Shown piece after piece: positions 33,962 through 37,565 of a stretch of 37,565 nt of DNA (position 1 is its first letter; each line of letters starts with the position of its first letter). Under the pieces are notes generated by a model. That model searched no databases, was not told the origin of the DNA, and saw only the letters and a program-made list of their open reading frames with translations. The translations under genes were made by a program, and so were the position numbers. The stretch comes from Bacteroidota bacterium (GTDB taxonomy: Bacteria; Bacteroidota; Ignavibacteria; UBA10030; F1-140-MAGs086): positions 1 to 37,565 of the forward strand of contig SXSO01000112.1 of NCBI GenBank assembly GCA_005792205.1, in the 5' to 3' direction.

Positions 33962-36130
33962 ATGAACCATATTTTATTTTTCCTATTTTTTTTCAATTTT
34001 ATTTTTTCACAAGATAAAGAATATACAATTGAAAATATTTTTTCATCTCCTTCCTTTAAACAAAAAACTTTAAGTGGTATTCAGTGGATTGAAAATGGAA
34101 ATGCGTTTTCATTTCTTGAAATGGATACAATCACAAAAAAACAAAATGTCATCCGTTTTGAAATTTCTTCTCAAAAAAAATCTATTCTATTTTCTGAAGA
34201 AAATCTAAAACTTGAAAACGACAATTTTTCAATTCACAATTATTTTTGGTCTCCCGATGAAAATTATATTGTATTTACAGGAACTTTAACTGCAAGAAGT
34301 TTAAAAAGTGGTGGAAATATTTTTTTGTATAATGTGAAAGAAAAAAAGTTTTCTCAAATTACAAACTCAGAAGAAGAACAACTTAACATAAAATTTTCTC
34401 CAAATTCAAACCAAATAGGATTTGTAAGAAATAATAATCTTTTTGTATATGATATTCAAACTCAAACAGAAATTCAACTTACATTTGATGGAGAAAAACA
34501 TATTTTAAATGGACATTTTGATTGGGTTTATGAAGAAGAATTTTCAATAATTGATGGATGGAAATTTTCAGATGATGAAAAATATATTGCATATTGGCAA
34601 CTTGATGAACGAAATGTTCCATCTTTTCCAATAGTAGATTTAATTCCACTTCATCAAAATGTAAATGAAATGAAATATCCAAAAGCAGGAGATAAAAATT
34701 CAATTGTAAAAATTGGTGTTGTAAATTTGGAAACCAAAAAAAATATTTGGATTGATATTCAAGATGCAACAGATAGTTCGCAAGATATTTATATTCCGCG
34801 AATAAAATGGACGAAAAGAAAAAACGAACTCTCGTTTCAAAAACTAAATCGTTTGCAAAATAAACTTGAATTATATTTTGCTGATGTTACAACGGGAAAA
34901 TCAAAATTGATTTTAACTGAAACTTCTTCAACTTGGATTGAAGTTGAAAATGACAATCCACATTTTGTAAAAGATGGTTTTATAATATCGTCAGAAAAAG
35001 ATGGATTTAATCATTTGTATTTTTATGATATGAATGGAGATTTGCAAAACCAAATCACAAAAGGAAATTTTGATATTCAATCTATTTCTGCAATTGATTC
35101 AGAAAATGAAATCATCTATTTTACTGCAGGATATCCAACTCCAATTGAAAAAAATCTTTTTAAAATAAATTTTGATGGAAAAAATTTTCAAAGAATTACA
35201 AATGAAACGGGAACTCATATGATCAATTTTTCTCCAAACAAAAAAAAGTTTATTGATTATTATTCAAATGCAAATATGCCAACAAAAGTTTTTTTCTTCA
35301 ACACAAATGGAGAAAAAATTTTTACTTATGAAGAAAATAATGTACTTGCATTAAACGAGTATAAAATTTCGCAAAAAAAATTTTTCCAATTTAAAACGAC
35401 TGAAAACATTCAACTAAATGGATGGATGATATATCCACACAATTTTGATGAATCAAAAAAATATCCTGTTTTAGTTTATGTTTATGGAGGTCCAAATTCT
35501 CAAACCGTTTTAGATATGTGGGGACGAGAGTTTTGGTGGCATCAACTTTTGGCACAAAAAGGATATTTTATTGTAAGTGTAGATAACCGTGGAACAGGAT
35601 TTCGTGGAAAAAATTTTAAATCTATTACATATAAAAATCTTGGACACTTTGAGTCACAAGATCAAATTGAAACAGCAAAATATCTTTCTACACTTTCATA
35701 TATTGACAAATCCAGAATTGGAATTTTTGGATCGAGTTATGGTGGCTATATGGTTTTAAATACTCTTGCAGAAAGTGAGAATATTTTCAAAGTTGGAATT
35801 TCAGTTGCCCCTGTTACAAATTGGAAATTTTATGATGCAATTTATACAGAACGATATATGCAAACTCCAAATTTAAATGAAGAAGGATATAAAAAAAGTG
35901 CTCCTACTGAAAAAGCAAATATGATAGAAGAAAAATTATTGTTGATTCATGGGAGTGGAGATGACAATGTTCATTTCCAAAATTCTGTAGTTATGATTGA
36001 TGAAATGATTAAACATAATGCTCAATTTGAAACAATGTTTTATCCAAACCGTCTTCACGGAATTAGTGATAAAAAAGCACGTATTCATCTTTATACAAAG
36101 ATGACAAATTTTTTACTAAACGAATTATAA
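33962..36130 (+). CDS. Dipeptidyl-peptidase IV-type S9 serine peptidase
   Basis: Signal peptide, a DPPIV N-terminal propeller with HFDWVYEEEF, and a catalytic triad in the contexts GSSYGGYM, HGSGDDNVHFQNS and YPNRLHGI. Confidence 0.88.
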   Translation: MNHILFFLFFFNFIFSQDKEYTIENIFSSPSFKQKTLSGIQWIENGNAFSFLEMDTITKKQNVIRFEISSQKKSILFSEENLKLENDNFSIHNYFWSPDENYIVFTGTLTARSLKSGGNIFLYNVKEKKFSQITNSEEEQLNIKFSPNSNQIGFVRNNNLFVYDIQTQTEIQLTFDGEKHILNGHFDWVYEEEFSIIDGWKFSDDEKYIAYWQLDERNVPSFPIVDLIPLHQNVNEMKYPKAGDKNSIVKIGVVNLETKKNIWIDIQDATDSSQDIYIPRIKWTKRKNELSFQKLNRLQNKLELYFADVTTGKSKLILTETSSTWIEVENDNPHFVKDGFIISSEKDGFNHLYFYDMNGDLQNQITKGNFDIQSISAIDSENEIIYFTAGYPTPIEKNLFKINFDGKNFQRITNETGTHMINFSPNKKKFIDYYSNANMPTKVFFFNTNGEKIFTYEENNVLALNEYKISQKKFFQFKTTENIQLNGWMIYPHNFDESKKYPVLVYVYGGPNSQTVLDMWGREFWWHQLLAQKGYFIVSVDNRGTGFRGKNFKSITYKNLGHFESQDQIETAKYLSTLSYIDKSRIGIFGSSYGGYMVLNTLAESENIFKVGISVAPVTNWKFYDAIYTERYMQTPNLNEEGYKKSAPTEKANMIEEKLLLIHGSGDDNVHFQNSVVMIDEMIKHNAQFETMFYPNRLHGISDKKARIHLYTKMTNFLLNEL

Positions 36131-36142
36131 ACTAAAACCCAT

Positions 36143-36361
36143 ATGCCAATTTTTGAATATCAATGTTTGGATTGCAAAAATAATTTTGAAATTTTACACT
36201 TGACAAAAGAAAACAAAGAAGAAATTATTTGTCCAAAATGTAACTCACAAAAATATAAAAAACTAATTTCCTCAAGTTTGGTTACTACTAAAAATATTGA
36301 TAAAACACCTAAAAATACAACACGAACTTCGTGTTGCGGTGGTGGAATGTGTATGCGATAA
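36143..36361 (+). CDS. FmdB-family zinc-ribbon protein (CxxC_CxxC_SSSS type)
   Basis: MPIFEYQCLDCKNNFEILH...CPKCNS with a Cys/Gly C-terminus TSCCGGGMCMR. Length 72 aa. Confidence 0.75.
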   Translation: MPIFEYQCLDCKNNFEILHLTKENKEEIICPKCNSQKYKKLISSSLVTTKNIDKTPKNTTRTSCCGGGMCMR

Positions 36362-37565
36362 ATGATGAATAAACTCAAAATACTTTTACTTATTTGTGTA
36401 ATATTGTTTCAAGAAATTTTTTCCGAAGAAAAAAAAATTTCTATAAACCATTTTTATTTTGGAACATTTTCGGAAAATAATTCAAACTTATTTCTTTACA
36501 ATCTCGGAAGTTTAGGTCAAAATTCTCAAATAAAATTTTTGGGATTTTATGACATCAATTTCAAAACTAATGGAAAAAATTTTTCCACAATAAATATAAA
36601 TGAGTTGCCAACAGAAAACTTCCATAATATAGAAATGGATTTTTCAACTCAATCGTTTTTGTATGGAATAAATTCAAGTTTTGGAACTGTCAATATCAAA
36701 AGTAAAAATACTACAACAAAAACTCCAATCACAAAAATAAAATATATTGAAAGCACTTATGAAACATTTTTGTTTGACGGAATTTTTTCAAAAAACTTTT
36801 ATGACTCACTCAACTGCGAGATTGGAATAAGACGAAAAACTACAGACGGAAGATATACAAACTCAAATGATGATGAGTGGAATGAAACAGTAAAACTATT
36901 TTTCCCAAATACAAATTTTGATATTTCATTTTTGCAAACATATAATAAACAGAAAGTTGGATTATTTGATGGAGTTGATTTTAATAGTTCGCAAAATATT
37001 TTTAATCCCAATCTTTCGCAAGTTGTAAATCTAAACGACAAACTTAATTTCACACGATTTGAAATTGATATGTTTGGAAAACTTTTTAAATCAACTTCAA
37101 ATGAAATGGAATTTACAATTTCAAATTCAAAAATTACTTACGATACAACTAATCACAACAATCATAATGATTATTTTAATTGCGTTTCTTTAACTCAAAA
37201 TCTAAATTTTGAAAAAACAAATTTTCAACTTGGAGCAAATTTTGAAAATAGAAATATCAATAAAAAAAACACAAATATATTTTCATACTTTGCAAAAAAT
37301 AAATTTACAATTTTGGAAAATATGAGTTTTTCACTTTATGGGAAAGAAGAATTTGTGTTGAAAAAATCTCATTTCTCTTTTGGTTCAGATGTAAATTTTA
37401 AAAACAATTTTCAATTTGGGTTTTCGCAAAGTAATTTCTTTAACTTTGAAAATGAAACTTCAAATAAAGTAAAAAAATATTTTTCATCTCTAAAACTTCA
37501 AAATGAGATAACAAATTTTTCTCTCTCTATTTTTAAAATTGATTTTGCAAAAAAAAACTTTTGGG
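36362..37565 (+). CDS. Outer-membrane beta-barrel protein with a degenerate TonB-receptor-plug-like N-terminus. The 3' end runs off the window.
   Basis: Absent from the ORF track because it is open-ended. The ATG at 36362 immediately follows the FmdB TAA. I read the frame codon by codon to 37565 and found no stop. The signal peptide is MMNKLKILLLICVILFQEIFSEE. FSTQSFLYGINSSFGTVNIKSK resembles the plug motif (G..S.LYG.NA.GGVINI.TK). The rest is N/F/S-rich with alternating strands. Confidence 0.5.
   Translation, partial: MMNKLKILLLICVILFQEIFSEEKKISINHFYFGTFSENNSNLFLYNLGSLGQNSQIKFLGFYDINFKTNGKNFSTININELPTENFHNIEMDFSTQSFLYGINSSFGTVNIKSKNTTTKTPITKIKYIESTYETFLFDGIFSKNFYDSLNCEIGIRRKTTDGRYTNSNDDEWNETVKLFFPNTNFDISFLQTYNKQKVGLFDGVDFNSSQNIFNPNLSQVVNLNDKLNFTRFEIDMFGKLFKSTSNEMEFTISNSKITYDTTNHNNHNDYFNCVSLTQNLNFEKTNFQLGANFENRNINKKNTNIFSYFAKNKFTILENMSFSLYGKEEFVLKKSHFSFGSDVNFKNNFQFGFSQSNFFNFENETSNKVKKYFSSLKLQNEITNFSLSIFKIDFAKKNFW

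Noticed and set aside
1-37565. Long homopolymeric A/T tracts (runs of roughly 9-11 nt at about 3398-3410, 11699-11708 and 21608-21618) as phase-variation switches
   Set aside because: Such tracts occur throughout this AT-rich sequence, including inside essential genes such as ddl. There is no enrichment at the 5' ends of surface genes that I can see, so slipped-strand regulation is not supported.
1-37565. CRISPR arrays, tandem DNA repeats, IS elements, integrases, prophage genes, toxin-antitoxin genes or known defence genes
   Set aside because: I found no regularly spaced direct repeats and no transposase-, integrase-, nuclease- or NTPase-type defence signatures in any ORF. All large ORFs are accounted for by housekeeping or envelope functions.

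Overview
Strongly AT-rich bacterial chromosomal segment. I call 27 protein-coding genes, two of them open at the window edges. Gene content points to the Fibrobacteres-Chlorobi-Bacteroidetes (FCB) superphylum, Bacteroidota/Ignavibacteriota-like. The basis is three proteins with type IX secretion (T9SS) C-terminal sorting domains, a PorV/PorQ-like barrel, a TonB-dependent receptor with a CarboxypepD_reg N-terminus, bshC, and mostly Shine-Dalgarno-less starts. I cannot place it more precisely. About two thirds of the window is ordinary housekeeping: cmk-rpsA, mtaB-hyp-truA, bshC, ddl, tadA-polA, dacB, queF-mtgA and a DPP-IV-type peptidase. I recognise no rRNA, tRNA, CRISPR array, transposase, integrase, toxin-antitoxin or known defence gene. 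Only two convincing intrinsic terminators are visible. The non-housekeeping content is all cell-surface. (i) A partial multi-CarboxypepD_reg T9SS cargo protein lies at the left edge. (ii) A very tightly packed six-gene, all-exported operon sits at 12562-21572 on the minus strand. It encodes two lipoproteins, a TonB-dependent barrel, an FN3 protein with a variant T9SS-like CTD, a PorV/PorQ-like barrel and a lamin-tail-domain lipoprotein. (iii) A 1944-aa beta-helix/SdrD-B-like T9SS adhesin-like protein. (iv) A zinc-ribbon gene abuts a partial outer-membrane barrel at the right edge. My best candidate for an undescribed system is the six-gene operon, which looks like a TonB-receptor-centred surface complex with its own PorV-like partner instead of a SusD partner. 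This is inference from motifs and gene order only. It is not a defence or mobile system, and it may already be a conserved but merely unannotated neighbourhood.
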